A stretch of 64,000 bases of DNA. It comes from an uncultured Rhodospirillales bacterium (GTDB lineage: Bacteria; Pseudomonadota; Alphaproteobacteria; Rhodospirillales; JAPHRK01). How positions within the stretch are numbered: the stretch's first letter is position 1; the number at the start of each line of letters is the position of its first letter. A program made the translations under genes and the position numbers. Below are positions 18,674 to 29,233 of the stretch, piece by piece. Under the pieces are notes generated by a model, which saw nothing but the letters and a program-made list of their open reading frames with translations, was not told the origin of the DNA and made no database searches. The stretch is from assembly GCA_965368335.1 (NCBI GenBank), contig CBDUMN010000004.1, forward strand, positions 1,166 to 65,165. Direction: 5' to 3'.

Positions 18674-19486
18674 TTAGAAGCCGGTCTTCTGAAGCCACTC
18701 TTCCATGTATAGGGCGACTTCTTCCCATTTGACGTCAAGCATCATACCGTGGCCGATCCCGCCGAAAATTTCAGCCTGGACGCCGAAAAAGATACCCGTC
18801 GCAGCCACATGAACCGGATCGATAAGCTTATCGGCCCCACCACCGACGACCAAAGTCGGCACGGTCGAGATCAAGGCCGGAATGGGCAACCCGGCCAAAT
18901 ACATTTCGGTCGTCGCGCGCATGGACTCCCGCTGCACCTTGGGCAGGTATTTCATCGTATCCTTGGGGTCCATCGCCGAAGAAAAAAGCGCATCGTGCAA
19001 GAGGTTGATTGAGGTGCGGTGCATACCGAAAGCCTCAAACATGGTGATTTGCCACGTCAACCAGGGATAGTTGAGCGACATGGACATGGCGGGTCCAGTC
19101 AACCCCGTAGGCGGAACGGAAGCCATCAGGACAACCCCGGCGGGCTTACGGCGCTCAAGGTATTTCTGAGTGACGAAGCCACCCATGGAATGGCCGATTA
19201 GGACCGGTGACTGGTCGAACCCATCGACAATCTCGGCAACATCGTCCACATAGTCGGAAATTCCAAGGGCGTGGAGGTCCTCATCCCGTTTCCGGCTTCC
19301 ATTGTGGCCGCTCAATGAGACCGCATGGGCCTCATAGCCACGCTCGGCAAACCAGGGAAGGAAATATTCATCCCAGCACCAAGCACCGGCAAAGGCGCCA
19401 TGAACGAACAACAAGGGCGGTTTACCGTTGCTTTTTTTCGGCATGCGACTAAGCACTTCCAGCCGCTGCTTCTTTTTGCCGGTCAA
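18674..19486 (-). CDS. alpha/beta-fold hydrolase
   Basis: 270 aa with nucleophile elbow GHSMGG, an HG oxyanion motif (FVHGAFAG) and a C-terminal GIGHGMM His region. Confidence 0.85.
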   Translation of the reverse strand: MTGKKKQRLEVLSRMPKKSNGKPPLLFVHGAFAGAWCWDEYFLPWFAERGYEAHAVSLSGHNGSRKRDEDLHALGISDYVDDVAEIVDGFDQSPVLIGHSMGGFVTQKYLERRKPAGVVLMASVPPTGLTGPAMSMSLNYPWLTWQITMFEAFGMHRTSINLLHDALFSSAMDPKDTMKYLPKVQRESMRATTEMYLAGLPIPALISTVPTLVVGGGADKLIDPVHVAATGIFFGVQAEIFGGIGHGMMLDVKWEEVALYMEEWLQKTGF

Positions 19487-19724
19487 GGCAATCCCTCCAG
19501 AACCTCAATTGAATCTACGTTGCCGGGCATTTAGCGCCCTAGGCATCGCTATTTACCATAAGGTATAATAAATGACGAAAGGGTTATTTGGGCTTTTGCA
19601 TTCATAGGCAAGGGCGGCCGAACTGCCCGGATAGGACGCAGCACCGATACTTGGTGATCGCAATCAGTGAATTGCCAGCAAGGGCGGCATAGATAACCTT
19701 TTTCGAGCCATGTGGAGCAATAGA

Positions 19725-21497
19725 CTAGAGTTCTTCCTCCAACTCATCAATAAAGCCGGAAACCACCTTTAAGCCCCGTTTCCAGAAAGCGGGATCGGAA
19801 GCATCGAGACCGAAGGGCGCAAGCAGTTCCTTATGGCGGAGCGTTCCCCCGGCTTTCAACATATCGAGATACTTGGCCTGAAAACCTTCGTGCCCCTTGG
19901 CGAACACGTCATAGAGCGAATTGACCAGACAGTCGCCAAACGCATAGGCGTAAACGTAGAAAGGCGTATGAATGAAGTGTGGGATATAGGACCAATAGGT
20001 CCGATATTCGTCGGTGAAATTAAACGCTGGGCCTAAGCTTTCATCCTGAACCGCCATCCAGATATCGCCCAGAGATTCAGGCGATAGTTCACCCTCGCGG
20101 CGCTGATCGTGAACCCGTCGTTCGAACTCGAAGAAAGCCACCTGCCGGACCACCGTATTGAGCATGTCCTCGACCTTGCCCGCCAATAATACCCGGCGTC
20201 GCTTGGCATCGGTTTCACCGTCAATTACCGCTCGGAAGGTCAGCATCTCGCCAAACACCGAAGCGGTTTCGGCCAGGGTCAAAGGCGTATCGGACTGTAA
20301 ACCTCCCTGCCCGGCCGCCAGCACCTGATGGACGCCATGCCCCAACTCATGGGCCAGGGTCATCACGTCACGGGTTTTGCCGTGATAGTTCATCAAAATG
20401 TAGGGATGCGCCGAAGGCACCGTGGGATGAGAAAAAGCGCCCGAGTCCTTTCCGGCGCGCGGTTCGGCATCGATCCATTTTTTATCGAAAAACCCCTTGG
20501 CGATCTCCGCCATTTCAGGCGCGAAAGCCCCATAGGCATTCAAGACCCGATCCTTGGCCTCACCCCAGGGAATACGCTTGTCATCATCATCAGGCAGAGG
20601 CGCATTGCGGTCCCAAAATTCCAGCTTCTCGAACCCCATCCACTTGGCCTTTAGGCCGTAATAGCGGTGCGATAGGTCGCCATAGCTGTCCTTAACGCTT
20701 GTCGTCAGCGCCTCGACCACCTCGTCTTCCACCAGGTTCGATTTATTGCGATAACTGACCGGACCGGCATAGCCACGCCAACGGTCTTCAATTTCCTTAT
20801 CTTTGGCCAACGTATTAGTAATCAGCGAAAAGATGCGGATGTTATCCTGTAAGACCTGGCCGATAGACAATGCAGCAGCCTTGCGCAGGTCCCGATCCTT
20901 GCTCGACAGTTTGTCGAAAATTTCAGAGGCCGTCAGAGGATCGGCCTCGCCTTCCAGCGGGAAGCGCAATTCAGCCATGGTTTCTTCAAACAACCGCACC
21001 CAAGAGCCCTTGCCGGTAACCTGTTTTTCCAGCAGCAATTTTTCCAAATCGTCGGACAACTGATGCTCGCGGAACACGCCGACATCACGTAGCCAAGCGG
21101 CATATTTAGCCGTTCCAGGTGCTTTCAGCAGCTCATCCAGTTGAGCCTGACTTAGGCGATTGATTTCAAGCTCGAAAAACAAGGTATGGGTCGAAATATC
21201 GGTAATTTTTTCCTGAACGGTCTGATAAAACCGCCCGGTTTCGGAGTCCCCCATGTTCCCGGCGAACAAAAGCTGGGCGTAGCTCATTACCTTCCCGGCG
21301 ATTTCACCGAAGTCTTCGTATTCGGCAATGGCTTGACCGAAAGTCTGCCCGTCCAGCGATGCAATTTTTCCCCTATAGGTTTCACCAAAGACTTTGGCTC
21401 TTTCCTCTAGCGTTTTCAGGTCGGTGTTCAGCGCATCGGAATCGGGCCCGGCATAAAGATCTTCCAGGTTCCATTGGGGTAGGCTTTCGGCAGTCAT
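19725..21497 (-). CDS. pepF: M3-family oligoendopeptidase F
   Basis: 590 aa with zinc site HELGHGVH and a downstream E ligand region (LAETASVFGE). The length fits PepF. Confidence 0.9.
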   Translation of the reverse strand: MTAESLPQWNLEDLYAGPDSDALNTDLKTLEERAKVFGETYRGKIASLDGQTFGQAIAEYEDFGEIAGKVMSYAQLLFAGNMGDSETGRFYQTVQEKITDISTHTLFFELEINRLSQAQLDELLKAPGTAKYAAWLRDVGVFREHQLSDDLEKLLLEKQVTGKGSWVRLFEETMAELRFPLEGEADPLTASEIFDKLSSKDRDLRKAAALSIGQVLQDNIRIFSLITNTLAKDKEIEDRWRGYAGPVSYRNKSNLVEDEVVEALTTSVKDSYGDLSHRYYGLKAKWMGFEKLEFWDRNAPLPDDDDKRIPWGEAKDRVLNAYGAFAPEMAEIAKGFFDKKWIDAEPRAGKDSGAFSHPTVPSAHPYILMNYHGKTRDVMTLAHELGHGVHQVLAAGQGGLQSDTPLTLAETASVFGEMLTFRAVIDGETDAKRRRVLLAGKVEDMLNTVVRQVAFFEFERRVHDQRREGELSPESLGDIWMAVQDESLGPAFNFTDEYRTYWSYIPHFIHTPFYVYAYAFGDCLVNSLYDVFAKGHEGFQAKYLDMLKAGGTLRHKELLAPFGLDASDPAFWKRGLKVVSGFIDELEEEL

Positions 21498-21675
21498 GGG
21501 GGCTCCTTTAAAGAATCATCGGCTATAGAGTTGGCTGCCTTCCCCGCCCTGTCAACGCACCAGATGACGCCTGACATGTTTTTTCTTATCCCACATATCT
21601 ATTTATCGGTATTCTAAGCACCGCAAATTGAGGGGGCGAAGCCCTCCGATAACAGGGACGACAAAAGAGCAAGGC

Positions 21676-23055
21676 ATGGCCTTAACGGAACGATTGAAAG
21701 AAATCGTCGGCCCCAAGGGGTACCTTGAGGGCGACGATATCAGTGAACGCCACACGTCTGACGTATCCGGGCGAAAGTACGGCGACCCTATTTTGGTGCT
21801 CCGCCCCGCATCAACGGACGAAGTTTCCCAAACCCTCGCGCTTTGCAATGAGGCAGGCCAGCCGGTCCTCACCCAAGGCGGCATGACCGGCCTGACCCAG
21901 GGCGGTATTCCGCTCGATGGTGAAATCGTTTTGTCGCTGGAGCGAATGAACGCCATTGAGGAAATCGACGCCGCCAGTGGTACGGCGACGGTTCAGGCGG
22001 GCGTCGTCCTGCAAACACTGGAAGAACGATTGGAAACTAAACGGCTGATGTTCCCGCTCGACCTCGGGGCGCGCGGCAGCTGCACAATCGGCGGTAATTT
22101 GTCGACCAACGCCGGCGGCAACAGAGTGCTTCGCTATGGCATGGCGCGCGACCTGGTTCTTGGCGTCGAGGCGGTATTGGCCGACGGCACGGTGGTCGGC
22201 GGCATGAACCGTCTGGTCAAAAACAATACTGGCTACGATCTCAAACAGCTATTTATTGGCAGTGAAGGAACGCTGGGTGTAATTACCCGCGCCGTCTTGA
22301 AGCTTTTCCCCCAGCCGCGCAGCCAATCACTGGCCCTCTGCACCCTTGATAGCTTCTCTAAAGTCACCGAGTTCCTGGCGCTCATGCGCCGCCGCCTCCC
22401 AGGCACGCTTTCAGCCTTCGAGGTCATGTGGCAAAGCTTTTTCGACAAAGCCATTAGCCTCTCACAAACCCCTGAAAATCCTTTCAGCAGCTCCCATCCC
22501 TTCTATGTATTGACCGAAACCCAAGGCGGCGACCAAGAGCGAGACGCCAAGGCGCTGGAAGAAACGCTGGCCGACGCCCTGGAAAGCGGCGTCATTCAGG
22601 ATGCCGTAATCGCCAAATCGGGGGAGGAGGCGAAAAACCTCTGGTCGATCAGGGACGCGAGCATGGAAGTTTATCTCACCCTTGCCCCGGGAAAGAGCTA
22701 CGACGTGAGTTTTCCGCTCGACGCCATTCAGCCTTTTTCCGAAAAACTCACCGAAACCCTTGCCGAGCGATGGCCGGAAAGCGAGCTGGTGATGTTCGGA
22801 CATTTAGGTGACGGCAACGTTCATCCACTGACCAACGCAGACAACGGCGGACCGGAAATCGACGAAGTGCTCTTTGGCCTGACCAGTGAATTCAGCGGCT
22901 CCATTTCAGCCGAACACGGCATCGGCCTTTCCCGCCGCGGCTATCTGGGGCTTTGCAAATCGGACGCCGATATTGAGTTGATGCAAACCATGAAGCGTGC
23001 GCTCGACCCCAAAAACATCTTGAATCCCGGCAGGATCATTGAAATGGATGCATAG
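21676..23055 (+). CDS. FAD-linked oxidase (GlcD / D-2-hydroxyacid dehydrogenase family)
   Basis: Start trimmed to MALTERLKEIVG. FAD_binding_4 pattern (VLTQGGMTGLTQGGIP) and C-terminal SAEHGIGL ... LDPKNILNPG. Confidence 0.9.
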   Translation: MALTERLKEIVGPKGYLEGDDISERHTSDVSGRKYGDPILVLRPASTDEVSQTLALCNEAGQPVLTQGGMTGLTQGGIPLDGEIVLSLERMNAIEEIDAASGTATVQAGVVLQTLEERLETKRLMFPLDLGARGSCTIGGNLSTNAGGNRVLRYGMARDLVLGVEAVLADGTVVGGMNRLVKNNTGYDLKQLFIGSEGTLGVITRAVLKLFPQPRSQSLALCTLDSFSKVTEFLALMRRRLPGTLSAFEVMWQSFFDKAISLSQTPENPFSSSHPFYVLTETQGGDQERDAKALEETLADALESGVIQDAVIAKSGEEAKNLWSIRDASMEVYLTLAPGKSYDVSFPLDAIQPFSEKLTETLAERWPESELVMFGHLGDGNVHPLTNADNGGPEIDEVLFGLTSEFSGSISAEHGIGLSRRGYLGLCKSDADIELMQTMKRALDPKNILNPGRIIEMDA

Positions 23056-23229
23056 CCCAGCCCATAACTTACGCAACATTTTTGTTAGCCAGACGAACAA
23101 AGCGAAACGGATGATCAATTTCATACGATTTTCGTTTTTCCCATTGAAGAAAGGGGCAGCATAGCTAACCTTTTAAGCAAGAAACGCCTGAGGGAAAAAA
23201 CAAAGATTTCAGGTTGGGAGAAGCCTCAC

Positions 23230-26200
23230 ATGACCGAGCTTTCGGCGATTTCGCTGGACGACAAGTACATTCTTGAAAAAGGCCGAATTCAGGTAAGCGG
23301 CACCCAAGCGCTGGTGCGCCTCCTGATGCTGCAACAGCAGATCGATACTAAAAACGGCCTTAACACCTCAGGCTTCATTTCAGGCTACCGGGGCTCACCG
23401 CTCGGCAACGTCGATAAAGAGCTTTGGCGCGCCGAGAAGCACCTCAAAAAACATAACGTCCACTTCGAACCGGGCGTCAACGAAGACTTGGCGGCAACCG
23501 CCGTTTGGGGCACCCAGCAAACCAACATGTTCCCCAAGGCCAAGTACGACGGCACTTTCGCCATGTGGTACGGCAAGGGCCCCGGGGTTGATCGTTCTGG
23601 AGACGTTTTTAAACACGGCAACCTTGCAGGCACCTCACCCAATGGCGGCGTTCTGGTTGTCGCGGGCGACGACCCGGCCTGTAAATCATCCACCGCACCG
23701 AGCCAAAGCGAATATCCCTTCATGGCCGCTCAAATGCCTACGCTAGCCCCAGCCAACGTGCAGGAATTCATCGACTTTGGTGTTCTGGGATATGCCCTCT
23801 CGCGCTTTTCGGGCACCTGGGTCGGCATGAAAACCGTGACCGAGAACGTCGAAACCACGTCATCCATCGAAATTAACCCAGACCGCATAAAGCCGGTTAT
23901 TCCCAACGATTTCGAGATGCCCGAAGGTGGCCCGCACATTCGCTGGCCCGATCCGGCCGTGGTTCAGGAAGTACGGATGCGTGACGTTCGCATCCCCGCC
24001 GCCTTAGCCTTTGCCCGAGCCAATAAAATCGACCGTGTAGCGCTCGATGCACCCAAGGCCACTTTCGGCATTGTCACGGCAGGTAAATCATATCTCGACG
24101 TGATGCAGGCCCTGCACGATCTCGGAATTAGCGAGAAAATCGCTAAAAAACTGGGGCTCAAGGTCTACAAAGTCGGCATGATCTGGCCGCTTGAAGAAAC
24201 CGGGATCACCAATTTCGCCAAGGGCTGCTCGGAAATCCTCGTGATCGAAGAAAAGCGTCCGGTCATCGAAGTGCAGATGAAAGAAACGCTCTATTGCGCC
24301 CCAGAAGCCGACCGTCCGCTGATCGTCGGCAAAAAGGACGAGAAGGGCCAGCCCCTGCTCTCCCCTTCGGGCGAGTTGTCGCCAGAGGTCATCGCACGGG
24401 TGATCGCCCATCGTCTCGGCCGACATTTCGGCGAAGACAAGCTGGGCAGCGAAATCGCCGACCGTATTGCGCTGATCGACGCCAAGGAGAAAACCCCCAA
24501 CGCTCCAGCTCCGCGCATCCAGCGCATGCCCTATTTCTGCTCTGGCTGTCCGCACAACACCTCAACCAAGGTTCCCGAAGGCTCGCGCGCTGTCGCGGGC
24601 ATTGGCTGCCACTTTATGGCCGTCTGGATGGATCGCTCAACCACCACCTTCACCCATATGGGCGGCGAAGGAGCCAACTGGATCGGCCAAGCTCCCTTTA
24701 CCGACGAAGAACATATCTTCGTCAACCTTGGCGACGGCACATATTTCCATTCAGGCCTCCTGGCCATTCGCGCCGCCGTATCGGCCAAGGTCACCATGAC
24801 CTACAAAATCCTGTTTAACGATGCCGTCGCCATGACCGGCGGCCAGCCCCACGACGGACCGCTGACCCCGCAAATCATCAGCAAACAAGTCGCCGCCGAA
24901 GGTGTCAAACGAATTGCCGTGGTAACCGACGATCCAGCCCAATACGGCGACTCTTTAGGTGGGTTCGCTCCTTTCTGCACCTTCCACGACCGGGACGAAA
25001 TGGATGCTCTGCAAAAGGAACTACGGCGCACCGAAGGAGTTTCGGCGATTATCTATGTCCAGACCTGTGCAGCCGAAAAACGCCGCCGCAGGAAACGCAA
25101 TCTCTATCCCGATCCGCCCAAGCGTGTCTTCATCAACGATGCGGTTTGCGAGGGCTGTGGGGATTGCGGCGTACAGTCAAACTGCGTTTCCATTGAGCCG
25201 GTGGAAACCCCCTTTGGCCGCAAGCGGATGATCAACCAGTCATCCTGCAACAAGGACTTCACCTGCATCGACGGCTTCTGCCCCAGCTTCGTCACCGTCC
25301 ATGGCGGTACACCACGCAAAAAGGCCGGTACGGGCAACACCGCCAAAGACGCCGGACTGGCGGAACCGCCACAGCCCACTCTTCCAGTCCTTGACGAGCC
25401 TTATGGCGTGATCCTGACAGGCATCGGCGGCACCGGGGTGGTGACCATCGGCGCCCTGCTCGCCATGGCGGCCCATATGGAAGGCAAAGGCGTTTCATCG
25501 TTTGATCTGACGGGTCTGGCCCAGAAAAACGGGCCGGTGGTCAGTCAACTGAAGATCGCCGCCAAGCCTGAAGACATTTATGCGGTGCGTATCGGTCCCG
25601 GCGGCGCGAAAGCGGTCATCGGCTGCGACATGGTCACGGCGGGCGGTGCGGAGGCGCTTTCCAAGATGGACAGCGCCAAGACCCGTGCAGTCATCAACGC
25701 CCATCAGACCGTGACGGCGGAATTCACCAAGAACAAAGACTTCGTCTACCCGGATCAGGAACTACGCGACGCCATCGGCAACAGTTGCAACGACGCCCAG
25801 TTCGTCGAAGCAACAGCGTTGGCTACGGCTCTTCTCGGCGATGCTATCGCAACCAATCTCTTCATGGTCGGCTACGCTTGGCAAAAAGGTCTCATCCCCT
25901 TAAGCGCAGAAGCTATCGAGCGGGCTGTTGAGTTGAACGGCGTATCCGTAGAATTCAACAAAAAAGCCTTCATGTGGGGCCGCCGCGCCGCTCACGAACC
26001 GGAAAAAGTCCGGCAGGTGGCCCGGCCCAAGGTGCAATCCATCAACCCGCAAAAGCCCGGCGATCTGCCAGAAATCATCGCCGACAAGTCCCACTATCTG
26101 GCGGCCTATCAGAACGAAGCCCTGGCAGACAAATACCGCGGCCTGATTAAACGGGCGGCTGAGGCCGAACAACGCTCGGTTAAAGGGACTCAAGAACTGG

Positions 26201-26721
26201 CCGAAGCCGTGGCTCAAAACTACTTCAAGCTGCTCGCCATCAAGGATGAGTACGAGGTGGCCCGCCTTCACTCCAGCCAGGAGTTTAAAGACAAGCTCAA
26301 CGCCCAGTTCGAAGGCGATTTCACCCTGACCTTCCATTTGGCCCCACCGCTGCTTGCCGACCGTGATCCTGAAACCGGTCATCTCAAGAAAAAAGAGTTT
26401 GGCCCCTGGATGATGACGGCTTTCAAGTGGATCGCCGGACTCAAGGGGTTGCGCGGCGGAACGTTTGATATTTTCGGCTATTCGGCCGAGCGCAAGGCCG
26501 AGCGGGCCCTGATCGGTGAATATGAGAAAACCATCGGAGAACTTCTCGCAAACCTCACACCGGCCAATCACGCGCTGGCGGTGGAGATCGCCAAAATTCC
26601 ATCAGACATCCTCGGCTTCGGCCATGTGAAAGAAAAGAACATGCGCGCCGCACAAGCCAAGGAGGCAGAACTTCTCACCCGCTTCCGCAACCCGGACGCC
26701 CCCTTAAAGGCCGCTGAATAA
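23230..26721 (+). CDS. indolepyruvate:ferredoxin oxidoreductase family protein (fused alpha-beta, 2-oxoacid:Fd oxidoreductase)
   Basis: 1163 aa with a TPP domain (GIGCHFM ... GGEG ... NLGDGTYFHSG), a ferredoxin-type cluster CEGCGDCGVQSNC and a C-terminal gamma-like domain. The size is typical of the fused Ior family. Confidence 0.85.
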   Translation: MTELSAISLDDKYILEKGRIQVSGTQALVRLLMLQQQIDTKNGLNTSGFISGYRGSPLGNVDKELWRAEKHLKKHNVHFEPGVNEDLAATAVWGTQQTNMFPKAKYDGTFAMWYGKGPGVDRSGDVFKHGNLAGTSPNGGVLVVAGDDPACKSSTAPSQSEYPFMAAQMPTLAPANVQEFIDFGVLGYALSRFSGTWVGMKTVTENVETTSSIEINPDRIKPVIPNDFEMPEGGPHIRWPDPAVVQEVRMRDVRIPAALAFARANKIDRVALDAPKATFGIVTAGKSYLDVMQALHDLGISEKIAKKLGLKVYKVGMIWPLEETGITNFAKGCSEILVIEEKRPVIEVQMKETLYCAPEADRPLIVGKKDEKGQPLLSPSGELSPEVIARVIAHRLGRHFGEDKLGSEIADRIALIDAKEKTPNAPAPRIQRMPYFCSGCPHNTSTKVPEGSRAVAGIGCHFMAVWMDRSTTTFTHMGGEGANWIGQAPFTDEEHIFVNLGDGTYFHSGLLAIRAAVSAKVTMTYKILFNDAVAMTGGQPHDGPLTPQIISKQVAAEGVKRIAVVTDDPAQYGDSLGGFAPFCTFHDRDEMDALQKELRRTEGVSAIIYVQTCAAEKRRRRKRNLYPDPPKRVFINDAVCEGCGDCGVQSNCVSIEPVETPFGRKRMINQSSCNKDFTCIDGFCPSFVTVHGGTPRKKAGTGNTAKDAGLAEPPQPTLPVLDEPYGVILTGIGGTGVVTIGALLAMAAHMEGKGVSSFDLTGLAQKNGPVVSQLKIAAKPEDIYAVRIGPGGAKAVIGCDMVTAGGAEALSKMDSAKTRAVINAHQTVTAEFTKNKDFVYPDQELRDAIGNSCNDAQFVEATALATALLGDAIATNLFMVGYAWQKGLIPLSAEAIERAVELNGVSVEFNKKAFMWGRRAAHEPEKVRQVARPKVQSINPQKPGDLPEIIADKSHYLAAYQNEALADKYRGLIKRAAEAEQRSVKGTQELAEAVAQNYFKLLAIKDEYEVARLHSSQEFKDKLNAQFEGDFTLTFHLAPPLLADRDPETGHLKKKEFGPWMMTAFKWIAGLKGLRGGTFDIFGYSAERKAERALIGEYEKTIGELLANLTPANHALAVEIAKIPSDILGFGHVKEKNMRAAQAKEAELLTRFRNPDAPLKAAE

Positions 26722-26722
26722 C

Positions 26723-27481
26723 ATGACTCAACCAAGCTCACCCTTCCGCCTGGACGGCAAAACAGCGCTCGTCACCGGCGGAGGGAGAGGCCTGGGCCTG
26801 GAAATCGCCAAGGCTTTGACGGCAGCAGGCGCAAAAGTGTTGATCAACGGACGTAACGCCCAAGCCCTGGGAGCAGCGGCGCAAACCATCGGAGCAACCC
26901 CTCTCCCTTTTGACATTACCGACGAAGCAGCCCTGACCACCGCACTGGAAGTCATCGAGACTGATCACGGCGGACTGCATATCCTGATCAACAATGTGGG
27001 AAACCGGGATCGGCGCGGGCTCCTCGAATTCGACACGTCATCCGTCGCCAAGCTGCTTGAAACCAATCTCGTCGCTCCCTTCGCATTGGCGCGAGAGGCT
27101 GCTCGGCGGATGATACCGCGCCGGAAGGGACGGATCATCAACATCACCTCCATCGCCGGTCCCATTTCACGCTCGGGCGATCCGGCCTACACGGCATCCA
27201 AAGGCGGGCTTGAAGCCCTAACCCGGTCACTCGCCGCCGAGTTAGGCTCCTATGGCATCACGGCAAATGCCATTGCCCCAGGTTACTTCGCTACCGAAGC
27301 CAATGCCGAAATGGCCGCAGATGAAACCATCGCGGACTGGCTCGGCAAGCGCACCTCACTGGGACGCTGGGGAGAGCCCGACGAAATTGCAGGGGCGGCG
27401 GTCTTTCTCGCTTCTGACGCAGCAAGTTATATTACCGGCCAAACCCTCGCCGTTGACGGCCGGTATTTGGCCCATTTTTAG
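26723..27481 (+). CDS. SDR-family oxidoreductase
   Basis: TGGGRGLG cofactor motif, NNVG, and catalytic YTASK. Starts 1 nt after the previous stop. Confidence 0.9.
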   Translation: MTQPSSPFRLDGKTALVTGGGRGLGLEIAKALTAAGAKVLINGRNAQALGAAAQTIGATPLPFDITDEAALTTALEVIETDHGGLHILINNVGNRDRRGLLEFDTSSVAKLLETNLVAPFALAREAARRMIPRRKGRIINITSIAGPISRSGDPAYTASKGGLEALTRSLAAELGSYGITANAIAPGYFATEANAEMAADETIADWLGKRTSLGRWGEPDEIAGAAVFLASDAASYITGQTLAVDGRYLAHF

Positions 27482-27492
27482 GAGAGAAACCC

Positions 27493-27792
27493 ATGGCCGA
27501 CTATTTCATTGTTGTCGATGTCAGAATCGACGATGCGGAGACCTATGGGGAGTACATGAAGCTTGCCAAGCCCTTGGTTGAGAAGCATGGCGGCGAATAT
27601 CTGGTGCGCGGCGGCGATTTTAAGGTGTATGAAGGCGACTATTTCGAGCCTCGGCGGTTGGTTTTACTGCGGTTTCCATCCAAACAGAAGTATGAGGAGT
27701 TTTTCTATTCGGACGACTATCAGAAGGTCCGCGAAATAAGGCTGCCCGCAGGCGACATGATTATGATTGGGGTGGAAGGATTTGAGGGCTAA
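27493..27792 (+). CDS. DUF1330 domain protein
   Basis: 99 aa. The pattern YFIVVDVRIDD..Y..Y......V..HGGEYLVRGG ... LLRFPS ... VEG matches the DUF1330 consensus as I remember it. Confidence 0.8.
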   Translation: MADYFIVVDVRIDDAETYGEYMKLAKPLVEKHGGEYLVRGGDFKVYEGDYFEPRRLVLLRFPSKQKYEEFFYSDDYQKVREIRLPAGDMIMIGVEGFEG

Positions 27793-28226
27793 GCGTCGCC
27801 CTCTTCCAACATGGTGAAGTAACCTTTCAGATTCTTCTGCTTCACCGCCGCCGAGATATTCAGGTCTTCCGTGATGGTGTGATTGAGCAGCCACTCGAAA
27901 AGAAAGTGGACGATTTTGGAAGCCTCCATGGCCTCCCCTTCAAAGCTCGTAATATCTTCCCGAAGCTTGATCATCAGCCGTCTATGCTCACCCCGATGTT
28001 CTTCAAGGTAGGGATAGTCGCACTCGACCATGACGTTTTCTTCGCTGGTAAAGTGAAAATCCGCATATTTGAGAAGCTCATCGAAAACCCGACGGATTTC
28101 TTCACTCTCCCGACCTTCTTTGACAAAATCGTTGGCTTTATTGATCAAGCTGAAGAAGGTTTTGTGTTCAAAATCAATGGTGTCGTGACCGACCTCGAAC
28201 CATTTTTTCCAGGCTAAATGCTCCAT
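27789..28226 (-). CDS. bacteriohemerythrin
   Basis: 145 aa with W...F.VGH..ID.EH...F, then HFTSEE and EHR..H. These are the di-iron His/Glu ligands of hemerythrin. Confidence 0.85.
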   Translation of the reverse strand: MEHLAWKKWFEVGHDTIDFEHKTFFSLINKANDFVKEGRESEEIRRVFDELLKYADFHFTSEENVMVECDYPYLEEHRGEHRRLMIKLREDITSFEGEAMEASKIVHFLFEWLLNHTITEDLNISAAVKQKNLKGYFTMLEEGDA

Positions 28227-28312
28227 GCCCCCCCCGGCGGTTATGGTTTTAAAATAACCTAGCGGATAACTTCAACGCAGTGAATTCAATTATTTAACAA
28301 ACCCGGCGACTG

Positions 28313-29188
28313 TTAAAGCACGTACCACATGAGGAACGGCAAAGTCGCAAAGGACAACAGGGTTGAGATGACGACCATTCCTGCCACGGCTTCAGGCTCG
28401 TTTTTATACTTCATGGCAAAGAGATAATTGAAGACAGCCACCGGCATGGCGGATTCGACAATCAACACGCCTTTGGTTACGCCGGTAAAGCCCAGAAGGT
28501 CGGCGATAATCGCTGCGACAACAAATCCCATAATAATGCGCACGGCCGAAAGGGCGATGCCCTTGGCAATACCCGAAATGCGCAAACTGGCAAGTGAAAT
28601 ACCCAGGGTGAAAAGCATGATTGGAATCACCATCCCGCCGATCAGGTCGGTGGTGCTGGCAACCACTTGCGGAACGGGAATACCGCCGATCATGAAAACA
28701 AGAGCAATCGCCACCGCATGAAGGGTTGGGATGCGGACCAATTCCTTAAACGAAAGAGTACCTGCATTAATGCCAATTCCAACGGTGAACTGGACCACTG
28801 CCGTAACGGTAAAATAGGCCACTGCCAGAGCCAAACCGGGATCACCGAAAGCGAGCATATTGAGCGGCAGCCCCATGTTGCCAATATTGGGAAACATCAA
28901 GGTCGGAAGATACGTCTTAATGTTCTGTTTTGTGACTTTCAGCAGGCCATATCCGAGAACCATAAAGGCCCCCAAACAGAGAGCCGTTCCGAGAGCCATT
29001 TCACCGAACGCCTCAACGGACAGGCCGGTCGATGTCAGCACCGAGAAGATCAGACACGGCATCCCAATGGCGGTGATCAGATTGGTGATCAGCTCGGCAT
29101 CGTATTTCCGCCCGGTTTTCGTCCACCAGAACCCAAGTCCAGCGCAGATGAAAACCGGCGTTACAATATTGAAAAGCTCTAAAAACAT
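28313..29188 (-). CDS. AEC (auxin efflux carrier) family transporter
   Basis: 291 aa with about 9-10 TM helices. The N-terminal MFLELFNIVTPVFICAGLGF pattern is typical of the family. Confidence 0.8.
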   Translation of the reverse strand: MFLELFNIVTPVFICAGLGFWWTKTGRKYDAELITNLITAIGMPCLIFSVLTSTGLSVEAFGEMALGTALCLGAFMVLGYGLLKVTKQNIKTYLPTLMFPNIGNMGLPLNMLAFGDPGLALAVAYFTVTAVVQFTVGIGINAGTLSFKELVRIPTLHAVAIALVFMIGGIPVPQVVASTTDLIGGMVIPIMLFTLGISLASLRISGIAKGIALSAVRIIMGFVVAAIIADLLGFTGVTKGVLIVESAMPVAVFNYLFAMKYKNEPEAVAGMVVISTLLSFATLPFLMWYVL

Positions 29189-29233
29189 TGCGCCAACCTA
29201 CTGGAGCACAACAAACAATGGAACTAGAAAGAC

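Noticed and set aside
25900-26571. 223-aa minus-strand ORF
   Set aside because: It lies inside and antisense to the 1163-aa oxidoreductase gene, with no independent signals.
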